This document shows, in pieces, positions 1-10,065 of a DNA stretch of 64,000 bases. Made by a program: the position numbers and the translations under genes. Every line of letters begins with the position of its first letter. Position 1 is the stretch's first letter. Origin of the DNA: Kiritimatiellia bacterium (GTDB taxonomy: Bacteria > Verrucomicrobiota > Kiritimatiellia > CAIQIC01 > Lenti-01). The DNA lies in assembly GCA_017458625.1 (NCBI GenBank), contig JAFTAH010000144.1, positions 3,106-67,105 on the forward strand, written 5' to 3'. Below the pieces are notes generated by a model. It had not been told where the DNA came from, did not search any database, and saw nothing but the letters and a program-made list of their open reading frames with translations.

Positions 1-1
1 A

Positions 2-937
2 GCCGGTGCGCCGGCCACGTCGAACGATGTGGTCTGGGCGGAGGAAATGGTGGATTCTCGGGGCCCCATCCGGTATCGCCTGGGGCGGAAGATGGTCCGG
101 ACGGCGACGCCGGACTGGGATGCCGTGCGCGACGAAAAGCGGTTTTTCGGCACTTGGCGGATGGTGGGCGAGGACGCGGGATCGGGCAGGCGCGGGCCTG
201 GCGGGACGGACGGGGATCCCTTGTTGCTGAAGATCCGCCCGGACCGGAAGCTCATTGTCTACACCCCGAACGCTCCGGTGTCGCGCTCGCATCCGGAACC
301 CTTTGAAATAGGGGTTTGGCTGCCGCTGGAAGGCGGATGGGGAGGAATTCGTCAACGCGATTTTGCCAAAGCGGATGATCCGCTGCGCAAGCTGGCCATG
401 GTGATTTGGTTGGATGCAGAGGGACGTTTGCGGGTTATGAGCTCGCGCGAGGAGATGTGCTTCGAGCGCACGGACGAGACGGTTCCCGATCCGGTGGAAG
501 CGTGGCGGGAGATGGCGGAGACGCGGGCGTATCATGGCGTCTGGGGGGTGAATTACGAGTTCAACATCCTGATGGTGACGTTCGACCGGCGAGGAAAAGG
601 GATGTTGGGCGGGTTCATGATGATGATGCCGTTCGACTGGACCGTGGACGGGGAGGGCGTCATCCATTGCGTGGCGGACGCGGATGTCGCGCTGGTCAGC
701 GGGATGCGCGATCCGCAGTTCGAATGCCGCTATCTCCCGGAAACGAACGAAATGGAACTCACCCTGCCGGCGGACGGGGAGGCAAGCCCGCAGGAGCAGC
801 AGACCAAGGTGCTGCCGTTCATGAGTGCGGACGTGCAGCTGGACGCGTTCCTGGCCCGCTTGGAGGCCATGAAGCAGTCGCCCGAATGGCAGTACGAGCT
901 CCAACAGGCAAAACAGCGGATGGGAAACACACCGTAG
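2..937 (+). CDS. hypothetical protein, probably 5'-partial (frame open to the window edge; first in-frame start is GTG at 29)
   Basis: Long ORF with high GC3 codon bias and no stop upstream in frame. No recognisable motif. Confidence 0.4.
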   Translation, partial: AGAPATSNDVVWAEEMVDSRGPIRYRLGRKMVRTATPDWDAVRDEKRFFGTWRMVGEDAGSGRRGPGGTDGDPLLLKIRPDRKLIVYTPNAPVSRSHPEPFEIGVWLPLEGGWGGIRQRDFAKADDPLRKLAMVIWLDAEGRLRVMSSREEMCFERTDETVPDPVEAWREMAETRAYHGVWGVNYEFNILMVTFDRRGKGMLGGFMMMMPFDWTVDGEGVIHCVADADVALVSGMRDPQFECRYLPETNEMELTLPADGEASPQEQQTKVLPFMSADVQLDAFLARLEAMKQSPEWQYELQQAKQRMGNTP

Positions 938-997
938 GTTGGGACGTGCAACGGCCACGGCCGGTGAAATCGCTTTTACGCGCGCGCGAAGGAGAGT

Positions 998-3900
998 ATG
1001 CTGGAGGGACAAGGAAGGTTCGCGATGAAGATGCATGGTTGGCTCAGGCTGATGGCGGCGGGGACGGTTTTTTGCGGCGCGATGGCGGTCGGGGCGCGGG
1101 GCGACACGGGCCAGGACGCGTCGCTGGAGGAGCATGCGCGGGCGGTGGAGGCAGTCACGGCGGAGGAGTGGGCGGAGGCGCTGTCGCCGGAGCACGGGGG
1201 CGGCAATTGGGCGGAGGCGTTGATGCATCGCGGGGAGGCGGACGGTTGGGAGGGGGACGTGGATTTGAAGGGGTGGTTCGGGCGGAAGAAGGCGGCGAAG
1301 CCGCTGCCTAAGGGCACCGACACGATGGGGAAGGTGGTGTACGGGTGGCTGCCGTACTGGGCGACGAGCGCGCAGATGGACCAGTTCCAGTGGGACAAGC
1401 TGACGCATGTGGCGTATTTTTCGTACGAGGTCAATTCGGCGAACGGGGGGTGCAGCGGGAAGCATTCGTGGGGCAGCTCCATCGTGCAGAAGGCGCACAA
1501 CAAGGGGGTGAAAATCCATTTGACGGCGACATTGTTCGGATCGAGCGGGAACAAGGCGCTGCTCCAGAACGAGACGAGCTGCAACACGCTGGTGGCGAAT
1601 CTGGTGAGCGAGGTAAAAAGCGCGGGGGGAGACGGGATTTGCATCGATTTCGAAAGCGTGGGCAGCTGGACCGGGGCGACGAAGGCGCTGACGAGCTTCA
1701 TGACGAAGCTGGCGAACGCGGCGAGTGCGCAGGGGCTGGAGGTGTCGATTGCGCTGCCGAGCATCGACTGGTACGCGGATTTCGACGTGGGGAGTTTCGA
1801 AAAGCTGGGGATCATGTGCATCATCATGGGGTACGACTACCACTACAGCGGGTCGAGCGTGCCGGGGCCGGTGGCGCCGCTGATGCCGAGCAGTCGGTGG
1901 GGGACGCAGCTGAACGACGATTATTCGACGCGGTACTATCTGGGCAAGATGACGAATGCGGCGCACCTCTATCTGGCGGTGCCGTACTACGGGCGGAAAT
2001 GGAAGGCGGCGAGCACGGCGCTGGGGGCGAGCAGTCTGGGGAGCAGCTATTCGAGCAGTCCGGTGCTGTCGACGTGCGCGAGTTCGGCGGCGAGCTACGG
2101 ACGGAAGTGGGACAGCGACGGGAGCGTGCCGTGGTTCTCCTACACGGACAGCGCGGGGGCGGCGTGGCAGTGCTTCTACGACGACGTGGAGAGTTTGGGG
2201 CTGAAATACGACTACATCAACAGCAAGGGGCTGGGGGGCGTCGGGATTTGGGCGCTGAGCCACGAGCCGGGAACGGCGAAGTTCTGGAACCTTCTCTACG
2301 AGAAGTTCGGTCCGGGGGCGGGCGGCGGGAGTTCTGGGGGCGGCGGGCCGGTGGAAGACGGCAGCGCGATGGTGACGTGGAATTTCTCGGCGTCGGAGGG
2401 CTGGGCATCGCAGAGCAGCAACTTCACGGGGACGACGAACGTGGCGGGCGAGGCGTGGTCGCTGAACGAGGCGCGGGTGTATCCGTCGGCGACCTACGGG
2501 AGCGCGACGGGCGACCTGTGGCTGGACGTGCCGGGGTCGTACGCGGTGACGCCCGCCATCAAGGGCGTTGTGGCGACGCAGGTGGTGCTGACGGTGCGGG
2601 CGGCGGCGAACAGCAATTTGAGCGGCCGCAAGGTGGGGGTGTACTACAGCACGGACGGGGGGAGCAGCTGGACGAAGGCGGGGACGGTCAGCGCGACGGC
2701 CTACGACAGCCTGACGCCGAGCAGCGTGAACTTGTCGAACGTCGGCGGCGGGGCGAACGGGGTGAAGTTCAAGCTACTGGACGAATCGTCGAACCAGGAC
2801 ACGGGGACGGTGCTGGTTTACCAGATGGTCGTGAAGGGCAAGGACGCGACGACGGGGACGCTGAAGGTCACGCTGACGCCGTCGAGCGCGAAATGGAGCC
2901 TGAACGGGACGACGTATTCGAGCGGGGATTCGGTGACGCTGGCGGCGGGGACGTACACGGTGACGTTCAACGCGCTGGCGGGGTACGACACGCCGGCGTC
3001 GCAGTCGGTCACGATTGTGGCGGGGGGAAGCAAGACCGTGACGAAGACGTATTCGGAGGCGTCGAACTGGACGCGGACGATCGAGTTCGCCAGCAGCGAC
3101 GGGTGGAGCGCGCGGACGGACTCGTTCTTTGCCGGGACGACGAACGTGGCAGGGGAGTCGTGGAGCGCGCGGGGGCTGAAGGTGAATCCGACGATCAACA
3201 GCCAGAACAACATCGGATACGCGACGCTGGACGGGACGGGGGACTACCTGGTGACGCCGGTGATCACGGGGACCATCACGCAGATGGTCGGGATGATCCG
3301 CGCGGGGGCGAACAGCAACCTCGACGGGCGGAAGCTGGACGTGCAATACAGCACGGACGGCGGGTCGAGCTGGACGACGAGCGCGACGTGGGCGGCGAAC
3401 AACTATTCGGCCAGCGTGTCGCACACCAAGTCGTGCAGCATCGGGGCGTCGGGCGGGGTGAAGCTGCGATTCTACGACAGCGGGACGACGGACACGAACA
3501 AGACGACGGTGGTGTTGCACCAGATCGTGCTGCGCGGAACGAAGTCGGTGGCGGCGCCGCAGACGGGGTGGATCAAGGCGACGCTGACGCCGTCTTCGGC
3601 GCAGTGGCGGGTGGCGGGGACGAACCACAACAGCGGGACGTCGGTGAAGCTGCCGGTGGGGACCTACACGGTAAGCTTCAACGCGAAGAGCGGGTACATC
3701 GCGCCGTCGGATCAGAGCGTGACGGTGACGGCGAACAAGACGAACAGCATCACGGCGGCCTACACGGAGCAGCCAGGGGCGCTGACGGTGGTGCTGACGC
3801 CGGACGAGGCGGCGGCGGGCGCGAAGTGGAAGCTGTCGGGGCAGAGCGCGACGCACGCGAGCGGGGAGACGGTGAGCCTGGCGCCAGGGCCGTACACGGT

Positions 3901-6900
3901 GACGTTCAACGCGCTGTCGGGGTTCAATGCGCCGGCCGACCAAACGGTCAGCATTTCAGCGAACCAGGGCAAGGAAATCACGGGGGCCTACACGGAGAAA
4001 CCGGCGAGCCTGACGGTGACGCTGACGCCGGCGACGGCGACGTGGAAGGTGTCGGGGAGCAGCGCAAACCACGCGAGCGGGGAGACGGTGAGCCTGGCGG
4101 CGGGGACGTACACGGTGACGTTCAACGCGTTGGACGGCTACGACGCGCCGGAGCCGGTGGAGGTGACGCTGACGCGCGGCGGGAGCAAGAGCATCTCGAA
4201 GAGCTACACGGGGAACGGGACTTGGACGAAGGGGTATGATTTCACGGTGGCGGAGGGATGGAAGGAGCGGGCGTCGGTGGTGTCGTCGCTGACGACGAAC
4301 GTGGCGGGCGAGTCGTGGAGCATGGCGGGGGTCAAGATTTTCCCGACCTACGCGACGAACAACGAGACAGGGTACATCGTCATCGAGCAGACGGGGAACT
4401 GGGTGCAGCTGCCGACGTTCGCGGGGACGGTGACGCAGGTGGCGGCGAAGGTGCGCGCGGGGTGGAACACGGAGCTCGACAACCGGAAGCTGACCTTGCA
4501 ATACGACGTCGGCGCGGGCTGGGTGGACTGGGCCACGTGGTCGTGCAGCAGCTACTCGAACGTGCAGAGCCGCAGCAAGGGCGGGACGATCTGCGGCGGC
4601 AGCGCAGGGGTGAAGCTGCGGGTGATCGACACGAGTGTGGGCGACGTCTCGAAGAGCACGGTGGTGCTGCACGCCATCACGGTCAAGGGCAACAATGACG
4701 CGGGCGCGGCCAGCACGGGGACGCTGACGGCGACGCTGGTGCCGGACACGGCGACGTGGACGGTCGGCGGGCGGACGTACGCGAGCGGGGAGACGGCGGA
4801 GGTCGTCGCGGGGAATTACACGGTGGCGTTCAACGCGGTGAGCGGCTACAACGCGCCCGCGAGCAGCAACGTGACGGTGGCGGCGGGCGGATCCAAGACG
4901 CTCAAGGCGACCTACGCGGCCCAACCGGGGACGCTGACGGTGACGCTGAATCCCGCGGACGTGCGGGGCAGCGCGGTGTGGAAGGCAGCGGGGACGAATC
5001 ACGCGAGCGGGGCGAGTGCGACGCTCAAGGCGGGGACGTATTCGGTGACGTTTGGGGCGGTGGACGGGTATGTCACGCCGGCAAGCCAGAGCGTGACGGT
5101 GCCGCCGGGCGGGGCGGCGACGGCGAGCGCGACGTACGAGGTGAAGGCGGCGACGCTCAAGGTGACGCTCGATCCGGCGGGCGGGACGTGGAAGGTGGCG
5201 GGGACGAATTTCGCGAGCGGGGCGACGGCGACGCTGGCGCCGGGGACCTACACGGTGAGCTTCAATCCGCAGACGGGGTACGCGACGCCGGAGAGCCAAA
5301 GCGTGACGCTGGCGGCGGGCGGGAGCAAGACGATGACGGTGAGGTATCCGGGGCTGGCGGGGAGCGTGCGGTACGTGCTGTCGCCGTCGGAGGTCGCGGG
5401 GAGCGCGACGTGGAAGATCAACGGGACGAATTACGCGAGCGGGGCGGTGGCGGAGGTGCCGTCGGGGACCTACACGGTGACGTTCGGCGCGGTCACGGGC
5501 TACGCCGCGCCCGCGAGCCAGACGGTGGTCGTGGACGCCGAGGAGACGGTCGAGCGGACCGCCGAATACACGGAGAAGCCGGGGAATCTCACGGTGAAGA
5601 TGAATCCGACGAACGACGCGGCAGTGGCGGCAGCGCGGTGGTTCGCCGACGGCGGGAGCTATACGAACGGCGAAAAGGCGGCGCTACGGCCGGGAACGCA
5701 CGCGGTGACGTTCGAGGCGGTCGCGGGATACACGGCGCCGTCGGCGCTGGAGGTCACGATCGAGTCGTCGAAGAGCATCTCGCGCACGGTGACCTACGTG
5801 GGAGCGCCGGGGAACGTGACGTACACGCTGACGCCCAACACGGGGTCGTGGAAGATCAACGGCGAGACCTACGCGAGCGGGGCGGTGGCGGAGGTGCCCG
5901 CGGGGAATTACACGGTGTCGTTCGGCGCGCTGACGGGGTACACGGTGCCGAGCAGCCAGAGCGTGACGGTGACGGCCGGGCAGACGGTGAGCGGGACGGC
6001 CAGCTACGCGGTCAAGCAAGTGCCGCTGACCGTCAAGCTCACGCCCAGCAACGCGACCTGGAACGTCGAAGGCGGCACCTACGCCAGCGGGACGGCCGTG
6101 CGCCTCGACCCCGGCGAGCACATGGTGACGTTCAACGCGGTTGCGGGCTACGAGACGCCCGCCGCGACGAACGTGACGCTGAACGTCGGCTCCAGCGGCA
6201 AGACCGTCAGCGTCAAGTACGACGGGCTGCCCGGCGACGTCACCTACACGCTGACGCCGCCCGAGGGGACGTGGAAGATCGCCGGGACGACGAACGAAAG
6301 CGACGAGGTCGCCAGCGTGCCCGCGGGGAGCTACACGGTGACGTTCGGGGCGGTGAAGGGGTACACCGCGCCCGCGTCGCAGACCATCGAGGTGGCGCCG
6401 AACGGGATGTACCGGGGGACCGCCGAGTACGAGGTCAAGCAGGTGCCGCTGACGGTGAAGCTGAATCCGGCGGACATCCAGGCTAACGCGAGGTGGAGCG
6501 TCTCCGGTGTCACGGGGAGCTACACGAATGCGGAAAAGGTGCCGCTCGACCCGGGAACCTACACCGTGACGTGCAGCGACGTGGCCGGATGGACCACGCC
6601 CGCCGCGACGAACGTGACGCTCAATCTGGGCGCGAGCAGCAAGACCGTCACGCTGACGTACAAGGTCGCGCCGGGGCGGGTGACGTACACGCTGACGCCG
6701 TCGGCGGCGACGTGGCGGATCGACGGGACGAACTACGCGAGCGGCGCGGTGGCCGAGGTCGTGGCGGGGACGTACGAGGTGACGTTCGGCGAGATGGCGG
6801 GATACGTCGCGCCCGCGGCGCAGAGCGTGACGGTGGCGGCGGGCGAAGAGGTGTCGAGGAGCGTGGCCTACGAGGAGATTCCGACGGTCGGCGTGCCGGT

Positions 6901-9457
6901 GCTCTCGGCGGCGACGGGCGTGACGACGGGAGCGTTCGACATCGCGTGGAGCGGGGTCGCGGGGGCGAGCCGGTACGTCGTGCAGGTGGCGGAGAGCGCG
7001 GACTTCGACAGGGAAATCCTAGCGGAAAGTTTCGCCGACGGATTGCCGGACGAGTGGGCGACGAACAAGGTGACGTTCGCGGCCAACAAGACCGCGTATT
7101 CGGGCGACGGGACGGGCGTGGCCATTTTCGCCGGGAAGGGGCACTGGCTGGCGACGCCGAAACTGGCTCGCCCCGGGAAGGTGACGTGGTGGCACTCGAC
7201 GACGAGCAACACCAACGCTTGGCAGTACGAGGTGGAGTTCTGCACGAGCACGAATTTCGCCGACTTGGAGTGGACCGAAACGTTCTCCGTCACCAACACC
7301 GCGGTGGGCGTGACTCCTGCGGAGCAGAGCATGGATGTTTCGGGGTTGGACAACGTGTACATTCGGTGGCGCGACACGCGTGCGTCTGGAACGGCCCAGC
7401 GTTACATTTCGGCCGTTTCCGTGCGGGAGGCGCTGGCGGCGGAGAAGGCGACGACTGCGACCAGCGCGTCGTTCACGGGGCTGGAGCCGGGGAAGACGTA
7501 TTACGTGCGCGCGAAGGCCGAGACGTCGACGGGCGAGAGCGAGTGGTCGGGCGTCAAGACCGTCACGATGGCCGAGGCTCCCGCGACGCTGACCGTGACC
7601 CTGACCCCGGCGGGCGGGACGTGGACGGTCGGTGGCGTGATGTACGCGAGCGGGGCGACGGCATCGCTGACGGCTGGGACGTATCGGGTGACGTTTGCCG
7701 CGCCGGCAGGCTATGTTTCGCCTTCGACACAGAACGTGGTGTTGGCGTCCGGCGAGGCACGGGTGCTGTCGGTGCCGTGCGAGCCGGAGCCCGTGGGCGT
7801 CCCGGTGCTGTCCGCCGCGACGGGCGTGACGACGGGCGCGTTCAGCATCGCGTGGAGCGGCGTTTCGGGCGCGGTTCGCTACACCGTGCAGGTGGCGGAG
7901 AGCGCGACGTTCGACGACGGCGTGGCCGTGCAGGCGAGTTTCGCGGATGGTGCGTTGCCTGCGGGGTGGGCGACCAACAAGGTGACGTTTTCGACTGTGA
8001 AGACCAACTTCTCCGGCGACGCTACGGGCGTGGCCGTTTTCGCGGGGAGCGGGCACTGGCTGCGGACGCCGAAACTGGCGCACCCCGGCGTGATGGGATG
8101 GAACCATGCGAAGAATACCGGGAGCGCGGCGGGCACGGCGTGGTCGTATGTCGTGGAATGCAGCGGCAGCGAAGATTTTTCGGTTGTCACGTGGGCCGAG
8201 ACCGTGGAAGTGAACGATTCCGTGACCGCGCCGGTGGCGGAAGTGGCGGACTTGACGGGCCAGCGGAACGTTTACGTTCGCTGGCGCGACACGCGGGCGA
8301 GCGGGACGGCGCAGCGGTATCTCTCGGAAATCGTGATTCTGGATGGGCTCGCCGCAGAGACCGGGACAACCGGGACCACCGCGACATTCGGGGGGCTGGA
8401 GGCGGGTACGGTGTACTACGTGCGCGTCAAGGCGACGACGGCGACGGGGGACAGCGACTGGTCGGCGGTGGCGACCGTGACCACCGCCGACCCGCCGACG
8501 GCGCCCGACGCGCCGGTGCTCTCGGCGGCGACGGGGGTGACCGAGAACGGATTCACCATTGCGTGGAGCACGCCGAGCGGGGCCGAAATGTACCGGGTGC
8601 AGGTGGCCGCGAGCGCGACGTTCGACGACGAACCGATCCTGTCGTGTGACTTCACGGGGGATTTGCCGGTGGGATGGGAGACGACTGGCAACCTGCTGCA
8701 CAGCTCCACCTACGCGGCGGACGGGAAGGGGGCCATCCAGTTCACGGCGTCCAACAAGTTCCTGCGGACGTCGCTAGTGGCGAATCCGGCCACGCTGACG
8801 TGGTACCACGCCACCACGAGCACCAACGAATGGAGCTACCGGGTGGAAGCCAGTCCGACGACCGATTTCTCGACGCCGATCATCGTGCGGACCGTGGCCG
8901 TCACCCAGAAACTGGCGGCCGCCGTCCAGATGAGCGCCAACCTGCGCAACTGGAAGAACGTGTATCTGCGATGGGTGGACACCCGTCCGAAAGGGAGCGC
9001 GCAACGCTTCATCTCCGGCATCGCGCTGACCGGGACGCTCCTGGTCGACGACAACGGTTTCTTCGGCACGTCTAGGACCGTGACGGGATGCGCCGCGGGC
9101 ACCCCCTATTACGTGCGCGTGAGGGCCTGGGGCCAGGCCGGGTGGAGCGACTGGTCCGCCGTCCGCGCCGTCACCACATCCGGCGGTTCCACCGACTTCG
9201 ACCCGGCCAACCCGCCTGCCAACCCCGACCTCACCCATCCGGCCGACTGGCAAGCCGCCGCCCATTTCGACGCCGACACCCTCACCCTGAGCTGGCCCCC
9301 CGTCCCTGGCGCCAACGGCTACATCATCGACTACCGCACCAACCTCCTCACCGACACCTGGCACCCCCTCACCTATACCCTCGACCCTGCCATCCTCTCC
9401 CTCCCCCTCGACTCCACCCTCCCCACCCCCACCTTCTACCGCCTCCGCGCCTGGTAA
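998..9457 (+). CDS. giant secreted cell-surface protein: signal peptide, GH18 (chitinase-like) catalytic domain, three ~200-aa beta-sandwich modules, ~20 PEGA-like ~75-aa repeats, and Fn3-like modules
   Basis: N-terminal signal MKMHGWLRLMAAGTVFCGAMAVGA. GH18 signature DGICIDFE (DxxDxDxE) with upstream YGWLPYW. Repeated unit TLTVTLTP..ATWKV.G...ASGETVSLAAGTYTVTFNA..GY..P recurs about 20 times. Blocks of type SAATGVTTGAFDIAWSGV...RYVVQVAES..FD...YYVRVKA are Fn3-like. Confidence 0.85.
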   Translation: MLEGQGRFAMKMHGWLRLMAAGTVFCGAMAVGARGDTGQDASLEEHARAVEAVTAEEWAEALSPEHGGGNWAEALMHRGEADGWEGDVDLKGWFGRKKAAKPLPKGTDTMGKVVYGWLPYWATSAQMDQFQWDKLTHVAYFSYEVNSANGGCSGKHSWGSSIVQKAHNKGVKIHLTATLFGSSGNKALLQNETSCNTLVANLVSEVKSAGGDGICIDFESVGSWTGATKALTSFMTKLANAASAQGLEVSIALPSIDWYADFDVGSFEKLGIMCIIMGYDYHYSGSSVPGPVAPLMPSSRWGTQLNDDYSTRYYLGKMTNAAHLYLAVPYYGRKWKAASTALGASSLGSSYSSSPVLSTCASSAASYGRKWDSDGSVPWFSYTDSAGAAWQCFYDDVESLGLKYDYINSKGLGGVGIWALSHEPGTAKFWNLLYEKFGPGAGGGSSGGGGPVEDGSAMVTWNFSASEGWASQSSNFTGTTNVAGEAWSLNEARVYPSATYGSATGDLWLDVPGSYAVTPAIKGVVATQVVLTVRAAANSNLSGRKVGVYYSTDGGSSWTKAGTVSATAYDSLTPSSVNLSNVGGGANGVKFKLLDESSNQDTGTVLVYQMVVKGKDATTGTLKVTLTPSSAKWSLNGTTYSSGDSVTLAAGTYTVTFNALAGYDTPASQSVTIVAGGSKTVTKTYSEASNWTRTIEFASSDGWSARTDSFFAGTTNVAGESWSARGLKVNPTINSQNNIGYATLDGTGDYLVTPVITGTITQMVGMIRAGANSNLDGRKLDVQYSTDGGSSWTTSATWAANNYSASVSHTKSCSIGASGGVKLRFYDSGTTDTNKTTVVLHQIVLRGTKSVAAPQTGWIKATLTPSSAQWRVAGTNHNSGTSVKLPVGTYTVSFNAKSGYIAPSDQSVTVTANKTNSITAAYTEQPGALTVVLTPDEAAAGAKWKLSGQSATHASGETVSLAPGPYTVTFNALSGFNAPADQTVSISANQGKEITGAYTEKPASLTVTLTPATATWKVSGSSANHASGETVSLAAGTYTVTFNALDGYDAPEPVEVTLTRGGSKSISKSYTGNGTWTKGYDFTVAEGWKERASVVSSLTTNVAGESWSMAGVKIFPTYATNNETGYIVIEQTGNWVQLPTFAGTVTQVAAKVRAGWNTELDNRKLTLQYDVGAGWVDWATWSCSSYSNVQSRSKGGTICGGSAGVKLRVIDTSVGDVSKSTVVLHAITVKGNNDAGAASTGTLTATLVPDTATWTVGGRTYASGETAEVVAGNYTVAFNAVSGYNAPASSNVTVAAGGSKTLKATYAAQPGTLTVTLNPADVRGSAVWKAAGTNHASGASATLKAGTYSVTFGAVDGYVTPASQSVTVPPGGAATASATYEVKAATLKVTLDPAGGTWKVAGTNFASGATATLAPGTYTVSFNPQTGYATPESQSVTLAAGGSKTMTVRYPGLAGSVRYVLSPSEVAGSATWKINGTNYASGAVAEVPSGTYTVTFGAVTGYAAPASQTVVVDAEETVERTAEYTEKPGNLTVKMNPTNDAAVAAARWFADGGSYTNGEKAALRPGTHAVTFEAVAGYTAPSALEVTIESSKSISRTVTYVGAPGNVTYTLTPNTGSWKINGETYASGAVAEVPAGNYTVSFGALTGYTVPSSQSVTVTAGQTVSGTASYAVKQVPLTVKLTPSNATWNVEGGTYASGTAVRLDPGEHMVTFNAVAGYETPAATNVTLNVGSSGKTVSVKYDGLPGDVTYTLTPPEGTWKIAGTTNESDEVASVPAGSYTVTFGAVKGYTAPASQTIEVAPNGMYRGTAEYEVKQVPLTVKLNPADIQANARWSVSGVTGSYTNAEKVPLDPGTYTVTCSDVAGWTTPAATNVTLNLGASSKTVTLTYKVAPGRVTYTLTPSAATWRIDGTNYASGAVAEVVAGTYEVTFGEMAGYVAPAAQSVTVAAGEEVSRSVAYEEIPTVGVPVLSAATGVTTGAFDIAWSGVAGASRYVVQVAESADFDREILAESFADGLPDEWATNKVTFAANKTAYSGDGTGVAIFAGKGHWLATPKLARPGKVTWWHSTTSNTNAWQYEVEFCTSTNFADLEWTETFSVTNTAVGVTPAEQSMDVSGLDNVYIRWRDTRASGTAQRYISAVSVREALAAEKATTATSASFTGLEPGKTYYVRAKAETSTGESEWSGVKTVTMAEAPATLTVTLTPAGGTWTVGGVMYASGATASLTAGTYRVTFAAPAGYVSPSTQNVVLASGEARVLSVPCEPEPVGVPVLSAATGVTTGAFSIAWSGVSGAVRYTVQVAESATFDDGVAVQASFADGALPAGWATNKVTFSTVKTNFSGDATGVAVFAGSGHWLRTPKLAHPGVMGWNHAKNTGSAAGTAWSYVVECSGSEDFSVVTWAETVEVNDSVTAPVAEVADLTGQRNVYVRWRDTRASGTAQRYLSEIVILDGLAAETGTTGTTATFGGLEAGTVYYVRVKATTATGDSDWSAVATVTTADPPTAPDAPVLSAATGVTENGFTIAWSTPSGAEMYRVQVAASATFDDEPILSCDFTGDLPVGWETTGNLLHSSTYAADGKGAIQFTASNKFLRTSLVANPATLTWYHATTSTNEWSYRVEASPTTDFSTPIIVRTVAVTQKLAAAVQMSANLRNWKNVYLRWVDTRPKGSAQRFISGIALTGTLLVDDNGFFGTSRTVTGCAAGTPYYVRVRAWGQAGWSDWSAVRAVTTSGGSTDFDPANPPANPDLTHPADWQAAAHFDADTLTLSWPPVPGANGYIIDYRTNLLTDTWHPLTYTLDPAILSLPLDSTLPTPTFYRLRAW

Positions 9458-9734
9458 GATGTAGCACCTGCGTCCCCGTCGTTGCAGCCCCCGCCCCCCG
9501 CTCCCGCCGCGCAACGGCGCGACGCCGTCGCCACACCCTGTTCCTCCGCCTCTCCCCTGTCCCCTATCCCCCCCCTTTCCCTCTCCCTTCTCTCTCGGAC
9601 TGCAGGGGCGTCGCCCCCCGCGCTCTTTCTCCTCCCCGTTGCCTCTCTCCTTCGCCGCCCACCGCCCGCCGCGACCATTATGTCCCACTCGGAATAACGA
9701 GCGAAAACTTTCCGACGGAACGTGATTCCCCCCA

Positions 9735-9829
9735 AAACATGCTTCCATTGTCTGGAAAAAGTGCCGAAACATGGTTCCATTGTCTGGAAAAGTACCCGAA
9801 ACAAGGTTCCATTGTCTGGAAAATGGGAC
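9735..9829 (+). repeat. 3 tandem copies (~32-bp period) of AAACAyGGTTCCATTGTCTGGAAAA, each containing the inverted repeat TTCCA-N5-TGGAA
   Basis: Direct reading of the sequence. A second array of the same family lies at 62005-62062. Confidence 0.8.
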
Positions 9830-10018
9830 AACCATTTTTGGTTCACTTCGCGTTGCGCGACTCCGCTCGTTCCTTGCCCGCTGGACAAGCTCCACATTCG
9901 CGTGTGCCCAGCGCCCGGAGGGCTGGAGTCTTCGCTCCTTTGCGCATGAAATGGGAACCGGATTCGCCGATGCCGGCAAAATCGACGAAGCCGGCGAAGT
10001 CGCATTAGGACACGGGGA

Positions 10019-10048
10019 CAAAAAAAGGGGCCTGCAAGTGCAGGCCCC
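10019..10048 (-). terminator. rho-independent terminator for the minus-strand giant gene
   Basis: On the minus strand, GGGGCCTGCA-cttg-TGCAGGCCCC is followed by T7, immediately 3' of the stop at 10066. Confidence 0.6.
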
Positions 10049-10065
10049 GGTGGGGGAGGGGAAGG

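Noticed and set aside
1345-8701. Many long ORFs in alternative frames and on the opposite strand inside the 998-9457 gene (e.g. 1345-4239 +, 2774-3943 -, 3956-5299 -, 4756-6486 +, 6493-8649 +, 7019-8701 -)
   Set aside because: Their translations are Arg/Gly/Asp/His-rich low-complexity strings typical of shadow ORFs in high-GC DNA. The frame encoding the GH18 domain and PEGA repeats is the only protein-like one.
9735-9829. Possible CRISPR array
   Set aside because: Only 3 units with a ~32-bp period. The spacers between the cores are 7-8 bp and nearly identical rather than unique 30-40-bp spacers. No cas genes in the window.
9722-9949. ORF 9722-9949 translating the TTCCATTGTCTGGAAAA repeats (repeated HCLEKVPKHGSIVWK peptides)
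   Set aside because: The repetitive peptide is a by-product of the nucleotide tandem repeat. There is no RBS or protein-like composition, so it is treated as non-coding.
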